From: Candidatus Krumholzibacteriia bacterium
GTDB lineage: Bacteria; Krumholzibacteriota; Krumholzibacteriia; LZORAL124-64-63
NCBI GenBank assembly: GCA_050174015.1
Contig: JBFXKG010000002.1
Coordinates: forward strand, 96,001 to 160,000
Length of the DNA: 64,000 bases
Reading direction: 5' to 3'
In this document: positions 56,951 to 64,000 of the stretch, one piece after another
How positions within the stretch are numbered: position 1 is the stretch's first letter
Layout of the letters: the number at the start of each line of letters is the position of its first letter
Notes under the pieces: model-generated
The model's database searches: none
Seen by the model: the letters and a program-made list of their open reading frames with translations, nothing else
Told to the model about the DNA's origin: nothing
Translations under genes and position numbers: made by a program

Positions 56951-58366
56951 TCACCGGCCCTGGAGGATCGGAACCGGAGGCGCGACCAGGGCGGTGGCCC
57001 CGGGATCGGCCGGGGCGTGCGCCCAGCGTCCGGCGTTCCCCAGCAGGACTTCGGCCACCTGGCGCCGCTGGATCAGGTTCAGGCCCGCCGGCCAGGCTGC
57101 AAGTTCGGCAGGGGCCGGCGACCTGCCCAGGAAATCGCGATAGACTGCGTCGAGGAAACCGCCCCAGGTGGCCCCAGCCGATTCCCAGTACGGGTCGGCG
57201 GACATCCGCGCGACGATGGGCCGCCAGTGGCGGCGGTCCCCGGGGTCGCGCCCGTCGGGGTGGGGCGGACGGCCCAGGCGCGGCGCGTCGCGGTACTCCC
57301 GCCCGATCATGAATTGCCACAGGATGTTCCTGCGCCGGGCGCGGTCCAGGGCGGCAGTCCAGGCCCGTTCCTCGTCCGCGGCGATGGGGCGGCCGACGAC
57401 GCCGGGATAAAGGGCCTGCAGGAAGGGCAGGGGCAGGGGATCTTCTTCCTCCCATGCGGAGTTCGTCGGGGCGAACCACAGGTCGCCCCGGGCGAGGTCC
57501 TCGCGGGCGGCGCCCCGCACGTAGCCGGGTCCCACCCTCAGGTGATCCGTCCAGGCGTCGGGATAGGTCTGGCCGAGGACGGTGGCCAGCACGCCCATGG
57601 AGACCGCGATCGAGACGAGCCCCCGGCCCCGCAGGAAGTCGCCCGCCCAGAAGACCATGGCGATCAGGGTCAACCCCGTGACCAGGGGATTGGGCCAGTG
57701 GGCCAGGGCGAACACGACCGCGCACATGATCCTGATCGATGCGGGACCCGCTCCCAGGCGTCTCAGATCCCCGGCAGGCAGGGCGAGGAAGACGGTCAAC
57801 TGGACCAGGGCGTAGAGCGGATAGAGGAGGACGCCCTGGAGCAGGGACCGGCCGACGGGATCGCCTCCGAAGAGCAATCCGCCGGCCAGGAGCCCGGCGA
57901 GCAGGACGGCGTCCCTGGCGAAGTCCCCGATCCGGGGGCGGGGACCGAAGTCGAGACGGCCGCCCCGCCACTCGCGGGCCAGGTGGGCCGCCAGGCCGCC
58001 GACGACCAGGATGAGGACGGCTCGACCACCGGGACCCAGTCCGGCCAGGCCGGAGGCCGGCCAGACCAGCCAGATCCCCGCCAGCAGGAGAGGATGGACC
58101 AGCAGCAGGCGGGCCCAGGGCGCGGCGACCCCTCGGGCGCGCGCCCAGGCCGATCCTTGCCACAGCAGGATGGCGGCAATCGCCGACCACGCCGCGGCCC
58201 AGTAGGCGAGGGATCCGGCCACCGCCGGAACCGGGAGGGACAGGGGCCAGGCGTAGGCGCGCTCGGCCGGACCCAGGGCGACGGCCTGGGCCCAGGACAA
58301 GCAGGCGAGGCAGGCCGCCAGCCAGCCCCAGCCGAGAAGCCCGGACATTCGCGGGTTTGCAGTCAT
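56951..58366 (-). CDS. Membrane protein with degenerate CPBP (type II CAAX)-like domain and helical C-terminal domain
   Basis: Many TM helices and FALAHWPN. C-terminal repeats FLQALY..VVGR and FLDAVY..FLGR.P...EL.AW resemble DUF4214. Start uncertain. Confidence 0.55.
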   Translation of the reverse strand: MTANPRMSGLLGWGWLAACLACLSWAQAVALGPAERAYAWPLSLPVPAVAGSLAYWAAAWSAIAAILLWQGSAWARARGVAAPWARLLLVHPLLLAGIWLVWPASGLAGLGPGGRAVLILVVGGLAAHLAREWRGGRLDFGPRPRIGDFARDAVLLAGLLAGGLLFGGDPVGRSLLQGVLLYPLYALVQLTVFLALPAGDLRRLGAGPASIRIMCAVVFALAHWPNPLVTGLTLIAMVFWAGDFLRGRGLVSIAVSMGVLATVLGQTYPDAWTDHLRVGPGYVRGAAREDLARGDLWFAPTNSAWEEEDPLPLPFLQALYPGVVGRPIAADEERAWTAALDRARRRNILWQFMIGREYRDAPRLGRPPHPDGRDPGDRRHWRPIVARMSADPYWESAGATWGGFLDAVYRDFLGRSPAPAELAAWPAGLNLIQRRQVAEVLLGNAGRWAHAPADPGATALVAPPVPILQGR

Positions 58367-58503
58367 GGAGTCGGAGCGGTGTCCTTTCAGCCGCGGGCGG
58401 TCCGAGATGCTTCCTTGTGCCTGATCGAGGGAGGTCGGTATACTCGCATGAAACCATGTCCGGTCATCGGCCGCCACCCTGGAATCGCCGCCCTGGAGTT
58501 CGC

Positions 58504-60216
58504 ATGGCCCTGAGCGTCCGCAAATCCTTCTTCCTGGTCGCCGTCCTGCTGATCGTCCTGAGCATGGGTCTGGCGTTCCGCTGGGACATGGAACATCGCC
58601 TCCAGGGACTCGAGGGCCTGATGATCGACCACGCGGGCGCCATCAGCGACATCGTGGCCGAGGCCAACTGGCACGGCCTCCAGGTCTACCAGAAGTGGGA
58701 GAACGAGATCGCCCGCCGACTCATCAACAACGCCCAGTGGATCGCCCGTGAGGATTCCCTCGCCCCGCTGGGCCAGCTCGCCCTGCGGGACCTGGCGCCA
58801 CCCCTGGGTCTGCACCAGATCTGGATCCTGGATGAGGACGCGCGGATGATCACCTCCAACTGGGAGGAGCACGGGCGGGAATGCCTGGCGGGCCTGCCCG
58901 AGGATTTCCTGACCTCCCTGGCCGGGGGCCGGGTCAAGCAGGCCAAGCTGGGGTTCCACCGCCGCAGCGGGATCGGGTGTTGGTGCTACGTGGTGGGCGC
59001 GGCCCGGCCGGGAGGGGGAGCCGTCCTGGTCGACGCCCTGGCCGACAGCCTGATCCTGATGCGCAGGGAGATCGGCCCCGGCCATCTGATCAAGTCCATC
59101 GGCCAGGGGCGCAGCGTCAGGTACGTGGTCTTCCAGGACGAGACCGGGGTCCAGGCCTCCTCCACCGACCGGATCGAGTTCCTGCCGACGGGGCAGGATC
59201 CCTACCTGCAGCCGCTGCTCCAGGGCCAGGAGTGGGTGGCCAAGGAAAGCGACACGCCGCTGGGCCGCATCTACGAGGTGGCGCGGGTGGTGCCCCTGTT
59301 CGGGGGGGACGCCCTTCTGCGCGTGGGGCTGGACGCCGCCCCGTTGACCGAACTGAGAGCCGACATCCGCCGCCGCACGATCATGCGGGCGGTGGTGCTG
59401 GGGGTGAGCGTGCTGCTGCTGTCCGCCCTGATGATGGCCTGGCAGCGGCAGGGCGCCCTGGACCGCCAGGTCGAGCGCATCAGCCGCGAGCTCAGGCGGA
59501 AGGAGGAGGAGGCGCGCCGGGCCGAGAAGCTGGTGGCCATGGGATCCCTGGCCGCGGGCGTGGCCCACCAGATCCGCAATCCCCTGAACAGCATCCACAT
59601 GATCGCCCAGGTCCTCGGCCGGCGGGAAGGGCTGGGGCCCGAGGTGCGCGAGCAGGCGCGGCACATCCGGGACGAGAGCGCCCGCATCGAGACCATCGTG
59701 CAGGAGTTCCTCGATTTCGCGCGCCCCCGGGAACCCGTGTTCGAATCCATCGACCTGGCCGGACTGGTCCGGGACGTCGCGGCGGTCCAGGAATCCGCGC
59801 ACGGCGATCGGGACCTCATCGTGTCCGCCTACGCGCCGGGTCTCGAGGCGGAGGTCGACCGGGCCTTCATGACGGAGATCCTGGAGAATCTCGTGCGGAA
59901 CGCCGCCGAGGCGGTGGGAACCGGCGGCAAGATCCTGGTTTCCCTGATCGGCGCGGGGGACCGGGCCGAGATCGTCGTGGCCGACGACGGGCCGGGCATC
60001 GAGCCGGGGATCCGGGACCGCATCTTCGACCTGTACTTCACGACCCGGCCGGAAGGGAACGGGCTGGGATTGAGCCTGGCCGTCCAGATGGCCGGGGCGA
60101 TGGGCGGGAACCTGGCCCTATCCGACGAGCCCGGCCTCGACGGCAAGGGCGCCCGGTTCGTCCTGACCATACCCCTGAGCCGGCACCGTCGCAGCACGGA
60201 GAAGAGGGAACCATGA
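58504..60216 (+). CDS. Membrane sensor histidine kinase
   Basis: Two TM helices around a large periplasmic domain. LAAGVAHQIRNPL, NLVRNA, DDGPGI, FTTR and GNGLGL. Confidence 0.92.
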   Translation: MALSVRKSFFLVAVLLIVLSMGLAFRWDMEHRLQGLEGLMIDHAGAISDIVAEANWHGLQVYQKWENEIARRLINNAQWIAREDSLAPLGQLALRDLAPPLGLHQIWILDEDARMITSNWEEHGRECLAGLPEDFLTSLAGGRVKQAKLGFHRRSGIGCWCYVVGAARPGGGAVLVDALADSLILMRREIGPGHLIKSIGQGRSVRYVVFQDETGVQASSTDRIEFLPTGQDPYLQPLLQGQEWVAKESDTPLGRIYEVARVVPLFGGDALLRVGLDAAPLTELRADIRRRTIMRAVVLGVSVLLLSALMMAWQRQGALDRQVERISRELRRKEEEARRAEKLVAMGSLAAGVAHQIRNPLNSIHMIAQVLGRREGLGPEVREQARHIRDESARIETIVQEFLDFARPREPVFESIDLAGLVRDVAAVQESAHGDRDLIVSAYAPGLEAEVDRAFMTEILENLVRNAAEAVGTGGKILVSLIGAGDRAEIVVADDGPGIEPGIRDRIFDLYFTTRPEGNGLGLSLAVQMAGAMGGNLALSDEPGLDGKGARFVLTIPLSRHRRSTEKREP

Positions 60217-61604
60217 ACCAGCAACGCCTCGTCCTGGTGGTCGACGACGAGCAGACCCAGCGCCGGACCGTGGCCGGCATCCTCGAGGGCTGGGGCCACG
60301 AGGTGAAGGAGGCGGGTTCGGGCCGGGAGGCCCTGGACGCGCTCGCCGGGCAGGCCTTCGACCTCGTCCTGACCGACCTGCGCATGCCCGGCATGACGGG
60401 GCTCCAGTTGCTGAAGGAATGCCGGGCGGTCCGTCCGGACGTCGCGGTGGTGGTCATGACCGCGTTCGGCAGCATCGAGACCGCCGTCGAGGCCATGAAG
60501 TCCGGCGCTGCGGACTTCCTGACCAAGCCCATCGACCTCGACCAGCTCGAGGTGGTGGTCAAGCGCACCCTCGAGATGAAGCGGCTGATCCGCGAGAACA
60601 AGCTCCTGCGCCGGCGCCTGGAGGAGACCAGCGCCGGGTTCAAGCTCATCGGCCGGTCCCGGAAGATGGCCGAGGTCCTGAACCGTGCCGCCCGGGCCGC
60701 CGAGACCGACGCCACGGTGCTGATCCGGGGCGAAAGCGGCACGGGCAAGGAACTGCTGGCGCGGTCCCTGCACGACCTCAGTCCCCGCGCCGACCGGCCC
60801 TTCGTGGCGGTGAACTGCGCCGCCCTGCCCGAGACCCTGCTGGAAAGCGAGCTGTTCGGCCACGTCAAGGGCTCCTTCACGGGGGCGGACCGGGACCGTC
60901 CCGGCCGCGTGGCGGCCGCCGAGGGAGGGACCATCTTCCTGGACGAGATCGGGGACGTCAGCCCCCTGGTCCAGGTCAAGCTGTTGCGCTTCCTTCAGGA
61001 GCGGGAGTACTCACCGGTGGGTTCGGACCTCACCCTGCGCGCCGACGTCCGGGTGGTGACCGCCACCCACCGGGACCTGCCGGCCGCCGTGGCCGCGGGA
61101 TCCTTCCGCGAGGACCTGTTCTTCCGCCTCAAGGTGGTGGGGCTTGATCTGCCGCCCCTGCGGGAACGGCGGGAGGACATCCCCGAGCTGGCTGCCCTCT
61201 TCCTGGAAAGGTTCGCCCAGCGCTACCAGCGGCCGGCCCGCAGGTTCAGCTCGGAGGCCATGGCCTGCCTGATGTCCCATCCCTTCCGGGGCAACATCAG
61301 GGAACTGGAGAACGTCATCGAGCAGGCCGTGGTCATGGCCCGGGACGTGGTGATCCAGGCCGAGGACCTGTCCTGCGCCGGTGCGACTCCTCCCGGCGGA
61401 GGAGCCGAATCGGGCGTGCCGACCCTGGCCAACGTCGAGGGGAACCTGCCCGGAGTGCTGGAGGCCCTCGAGCGCAGGATCGTCATGGAAACCCTGGCCG
61501 CCTTCTCGGGCAACCAGAGCAGCGCCGCCCGGCACCTGGGCCTGACCGAGAGCGGGCTGCGCTACAAGCTGAGCAAGTGGCGCGAAACCGACGACGCCGG
61601 TTAG
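60213..61604 (+). CDS. sigma54-dependent response regulator, NtrC/ZraR family (REC-AAA+-HTH)
   Basis: ATGA overlap. VVDDE, TDLRMPG, GESGTGKE, ESELFGHVKGSFTGA, FLDEIG, FREDLFFRL, GNIREL and a Fis-type HTH. Confidence 0.95.
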   Translation: MNQQRLVLVVDDEQTQRRTVAGILEGWGHEVKEAGSGREALDALAGQAFDLVLTDLRMPGMTGLQLLKECRAVRPDVAVVVMTAFGSIETAVEAMKSGAADFLTKPIDLDQLEVVVKRTLEMKRLIRENKLLRRRLEETSAGFKLIGRSRKMAEVLNRAARAAETDATVLIRGESGTGKELLARSLHDLSPRADRPFVAVNCAALPETLLESELFGHVKGSFTGADRDRPGRVAAAEGGTIFLDEIGDVSPLVQVKLLRFLQEREYSPVGSDLTLRADVRVVTATHRDLPAAVAAGSFREDLFFRLKVVGLDLPPLRERREDIPELAALFLERFAQRYQRPARRFSSEAMACLMSHPFRGNIRELENVIEQAVVMARDVVIQAEDLSCAGATPPGGGAESGVPTLANVEGNLPGVLEALERRIVMETLAAFSGNQSSAARHLGLTESGLRYKLSKWRETDDAG

Positions 61605-61622
61605 CGGACGCGTCATCCGGGC

Positions 61623-61668
61623 CGCAGGGATCCGCGATTCAGCCGACGGATTTCCGCAGATTCATGCG
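61623..61668. promoter_or_regulatory. Paired palindromic enhancer sites (CGCA-N6-TGCG), unit 1
   Basis: CGCAGGGATCCGCG at 61623-61636 (one mismatch) and CGCAGATTCATGCG at 61655-61668. Confidence 0.65.
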
Positions 61669-61671
61669 AGG

Positions 61672-61701
61672 AAACGGGCCCCCGACGGGGGTCCGTTTTT
61701 T
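61672..61701 (+). terminator. Intrinsic terminator of the two-component operon
   Basis: AAACGGGCCCCC-GAC-GGGGGTCCGTTT stem running into a T tract. Confidence 0.7.
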
Positions 61702-61753
61702 CAAGTCCTTTGCTTTCAACGCTCCAGGGAGAAGGGGGGATCCGGGTCGCCGT

Positions 61754-61770
61754 TGGTCCGGGGGTTGCAA
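61754..61770 (+). promoter_or_regulatory. sigma54 -24/-12 promoter, unit 1
   Basis: TGGTCCGGGGGTTGCAA, with GG(61755-56)-N10-GC(61767-68). Confidence 0.75.
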
Positions 61771-61827
61771 CCCGCCGGGTGAAACATCACCTGGGCCATC
61801 AACCCTGATCGATCAAGGAGAGAGACC

Positions 61828-62265
61828 ATGAAGACCACGCTGACCATCCTGCTTTCCCTGCTCCTGGTGGGCATCCTGGCGGGCGGCGCCCTGGCCCAGT
61901 CCGGCCCCGGCTCCGGCGACGGGGTCTGCAACTTCATCGACGAGGACGGGGACGGCTTCAACGATCTGGCCCCCGACGCCGACGGCGACGGCATCCCCAA
62001 CGGGCTGGATCCGGACTACGTGAAGCCCGAGGACGGCACGGGCAGCCGGCACGGTTGGGGCCGCTATGCCAGGCTGATGGTCCAGGCATTCGGTGAAGGC
62101 GGCTCCATGGCCGGCGAGGGCGGTAACCGGTTCGGCCCAGGCGACGGCACCGGCACGGGCGTGGGTCCGGCCGACCACGCGGGCTTCGGTCCCGGCACTG
62201 GCGACGGCACAGGTGATGGCGTCCAGCTGGGGAATCGCTCCCAGCGGCGCGGCGAAAACCAGTAG
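61828..62265 (+). CDS. Small secreted DxDxDG/Gly-rich protein, paralog 1
   Basis: AAGGAG RBS and signal peptide. GVCNFIDEDGDGFNDLAPDADGDGIPNGLDPDY followed by a Gly-rich tail. Confidence 0.85.
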   Translation: MKTTLTILLSLLLVGILAGGALAQSGPGSGDGVCNFIDEDGDGFNDLAPDADGDGIPNGLDPDYVKPEDGTGSRHGWGRYARLMVQAFGEGGSMAGEGGNRFGPGDGTGTGVGPADHAGFGPGTGDGTGDGVQLGNRSQRRGENQ

Positions 62266-62279
62266 CCCGGACCTGACGG

Positions 62280-62306
62280 CGGGGCCCTGCGGGGCCCCGT
62301 TTTTTT
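62280..62306 (+). terminator. Intrinsic terminator after paralog 1
   Basis: CGGGGCCC-TGCG-GGGCCCCG followed by T7. Confidence 0.85.
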
Positions 62307-62318
62307 CGTCCGGGCCTT

Positions 62319-62365
62319 CGCAGGATTCTGCGTAAGGTTGCCCGCGTCTCCCGCAGGAATTTGCG
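62319..62365. promoter_or_regulatory. Paired palindromic enhancer sites (CGCA-N6-TGCG), unit 2
   Basis: CGCAGGATTCTGCG at 62319-62332 and CGCAGGAATTTGCG at 62352-62365. Confidence 0.7.
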
Positions 62366-62413
62366 AGGAGGAAGGGCGTCCATTGACGGCCATGGCTGTA
62401 AGTTGTCTTTTTG

Positions 62414-62426
62414 TAAATACTTGATG
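62414..62426 (-). promoter_or_regulatory. IHF-like binding site
   Basis: Minus strand CATCAAGTATTTA against consensus WATCAANNNNTTR, located between the enhancer sites and the sigma54 promoter. Confidence 0.5.
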
Positions 62427-62448
62427 ATGTCTTCAGGCTCCCCGCCCC

Positions 62449-62465
62449 AGGTACGGGGGTTGCAA
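62449..62465 (+). promoter_or_regulatory. sigma54 -24/-12 promoter, unit 2
   Basis: AGGTACGGGGGTTGCAA, with GG(62450-51)-N10-GC(62462-63). Confidence 0.75.
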
Positions 62466-62526
62466 GGGTCTCGGCGTGCCGTCACCCGGGCCTGTTTCAG
62501 GGTGTGAGCACGAAGGAGAGTCGGTC

Positions 62527-62970
62527 ATGAAACGGACACTGATCATCATCGCGGCGCTGCTGCTCATGGGATGGCCCATGGCCTCGGCCCTGGCCCAGGA
62601 CGGCCAGCCGGCCGGCCAAGGTGTCTGCCGATTCATCGACGAGGACGGCGACGGATTCAACGATCTGGCCCCGGACGACGATGGGGACGGCATCCCCAAT
62701 CGGCTCGATCCGGATTACGTGCGACCGGAAGACGGCTCGGGCCGGCAGTTCGGCTGGGGTAGGTACGCCAGGTTGTTCCAGATGGTTTACGGAGAAGGCA
62801 TCATGTCCCATGGACCCGCCGAGCGGGGACAGTCGTTCGGCCCCGGCGAGGGCGCCGGGCTGGGCGAGGGACCGGGTGACCATACGGGGTTCGGCCCCGG
62901 TTCCGGTGACGGCACGGGTGATGGCGTCGATGTGGGTGGACGGGCCCAGCGGCGTGGCGGTCGCCGGTAA
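62527..62970 (+). CDS. Small secreted DxDxDG/Gly-rich protein, paralog 2
   Basis: AAGGAG RBS and signal peptide. GVCRFIDEDGDGFNDLAPDDDGDGIPNRLDPDY, clearly homologous to paralog 1. Confidence 0.85.
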   Translation: MKRTLIIIAALLLMGWPMASALAQDGQPAGQGVCRFIDEDGDGFNDLAPDDDGDGIPNRLDPDYVRPEDGSGRQFGWGRYARLFQMVYGEGIMSHGPAERGQSFGPGEGAGLGEGPGDHTGFGPGSGDGTGDGVDVGGRAQRRGGRR

Positions 62971-63030
62971 GCGAGGCCTGGGGGCGGATCCTCTTCGGTT
63001 CCGCCCCCCCAGTGAGCAAGGCGAGGGGAG

Positions 63031-64000
63031 ATGACAGGCAGCAGACGGTCCCATCTGGGTTTCGCGTTCGGGATCCTGATCCTGCTGGCGAACCGGGGGG
63101 GGGCCGCCGACCTGGCGGGATCCCTGAGCGTCGGGGGGGGGTATCTGGAAAACCCCCTCGGGGTCGCCTGGGAAAGCGAAGCCGGCTTCCTGTCCCAGAA
63201 CCTGCACCTGGCCTACGTCGGGCAGGGCGAGCGGGACCGCTTCAAGGTCGGCTGGGAAACGGCGGCCTTCGAGTTCGGCAACGGGACGGATCTCGGATCG
63301 CTGCGCAACGGGCTGGGCTGGGAATGGCTGCGGCCATCGGAGAAGGATCCCGGACTCGTGGGCGCAGGAATCCAGGCCGCGTGGAAGAGCTACCGGGAAC
63401 GGTACGCCTATTACGACCACCAGGACCTGGATGCGTACCTGACGCTGAAGACCTATCCGCTCGGCAACCTGATGGCCAGGGCGGTGGCGACCTTCCGGTA
63501 CCGGCGCTACCCGGACCTGCCGGAGGAGGGATTCATCGAGCCGCGGCTGAACCTGGAACTGAAGCGGTTCTCGGCCGGCGGCACCATGCTCGGGCTGGAT
63601 GTGAACCTGGGCGCCAAGAAATTCTACGACTCGGCCGCGTCGTCCGTATGGGAGACCCCTAATCTCCCCTCCACCTCCCAGCTGGCGACGCGGCTGAACT
63701 TTTCCCGGAGCCTGGGCGACCGCCTGGGCCTGCGCGCCTGGGCCGAGGCGCGGTTCTCCCTCGAGGAATTCCCCCATTACGTCGGCGAGGATCTCTACGA
63801 CAGCCCGCTGCTGGACTTCTACGCCCACGAGGGTTTCGACGGCCTCTTCGCCCTCAAGTGGCTGGGACCCGGCCTGCTCTGGTTCGAACCGGGCCTGGCC
63901 TACGGCGACCATGATTACGGGGAAATCCTGTTCGCAGGGGAAAACGGGGGGGCGACCCGCCGGGACACCCTCGCCGACCTCTTCCTCAGCGTGGAGAAGA
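63031..64000 (+). CDS. Probable outer-membrane beta-barrel protein (3'-truncated, absent from the ORF track)
   Basis: Frame open from ATG 63031 (MTGSRRSHLGFAFGILILLA...GSLSVGGGYLENPLG...) to the window end, with amphipathic Tyr/Phe-rich strands. Confidence 0.65.
   Translation, partial: MTGSRRSHLGFAFGILILLANRGGAADLAGSLSVGGGYLENPLGVAWESEAGFLSQNLHLAYVGQGERDRFKVGWETAAFEFGNGTDLGSLRNGLGWEWLRPSEKDPGLVGAGIQAAWKSYRERYAYYDHQDLDAYLTLKTYPLGNLMARAVATFRYRRYPDLPEEGFIEPRLNLELKRFSAGGTMLGLDVNLGAKKFYDSAASSVWETPNLPSTSQLATRLNFSRSLGDRLGLRAWAEARFSLEEFPHYVGEDLYDSPLLDFYAHEGFDGLFALKWLGPGLLWFEPGLAYGDHDYGEILFAGENGGATRRDTLADLFLSVEK

Noticed and set aside
60860..60890. GSFTGA instead of GAFTGA as a sign of a sigma54-independent activator
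   Set aside because: GSFTGA is a common functional variant, and -24/-12 promoters lie directly downstream.
61900..62960. CRISPR-like or tandem DNA repeats
   Set aside because: The similarity is explained by two paralogous coding sequences and Gly-rich codons. There is no regular repeat-spacer period.

Overview
GC-rich, densely coding bacterial window with about 48 genes. I found no rRNA, tRNA, CRISPR array or recognisable mobile element. Several secreted proteins end in either an FlgD-Ig 'PNPFNP' domain or a short 'SWGxxKxx(Y/F)R' tail, which suggests an FCB-superphylum organism such as Krumholzibacteriota or Latescibacterota (inference). Housekeeping and metabolic genes include the methylmalonyl-CoA mutase 3' end with meaB, a photolyase, cysS, a FabB/F-like synthase, MscS and a GldA/F/G-like ABC system. 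The most interesting items are: (1) a divergent cassette of an ECF sigma factor, a Zn-binding transmembrane anti-sigma factor and a signal-peptide-bearing TPR-CHAT caspase-like protease; (2) a sigma54 two-component system followed by a tandemly duplicated unit of paired palindromic enhancer sites, a -24/-12 promoter and a small secreted DxDxDG/Gly-rich protein; (3) a split purine-catabolism gene set (ssnA-, ygeY- and ygeW-like genes, with a threonine-synthase-like enzyme instead of ygeX, plus 8-oxoguanine deaminase and an Xdh-type enzyme); (4) a two-subunit cytochrome bd-like complex with fused c-type hemes; (5) a Zn-ribbon insertion in CysRS. All functional calls come from motifs read by eye, not from database searches. 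Several starts were moved from the ORF track using RBS and homology reasoning.
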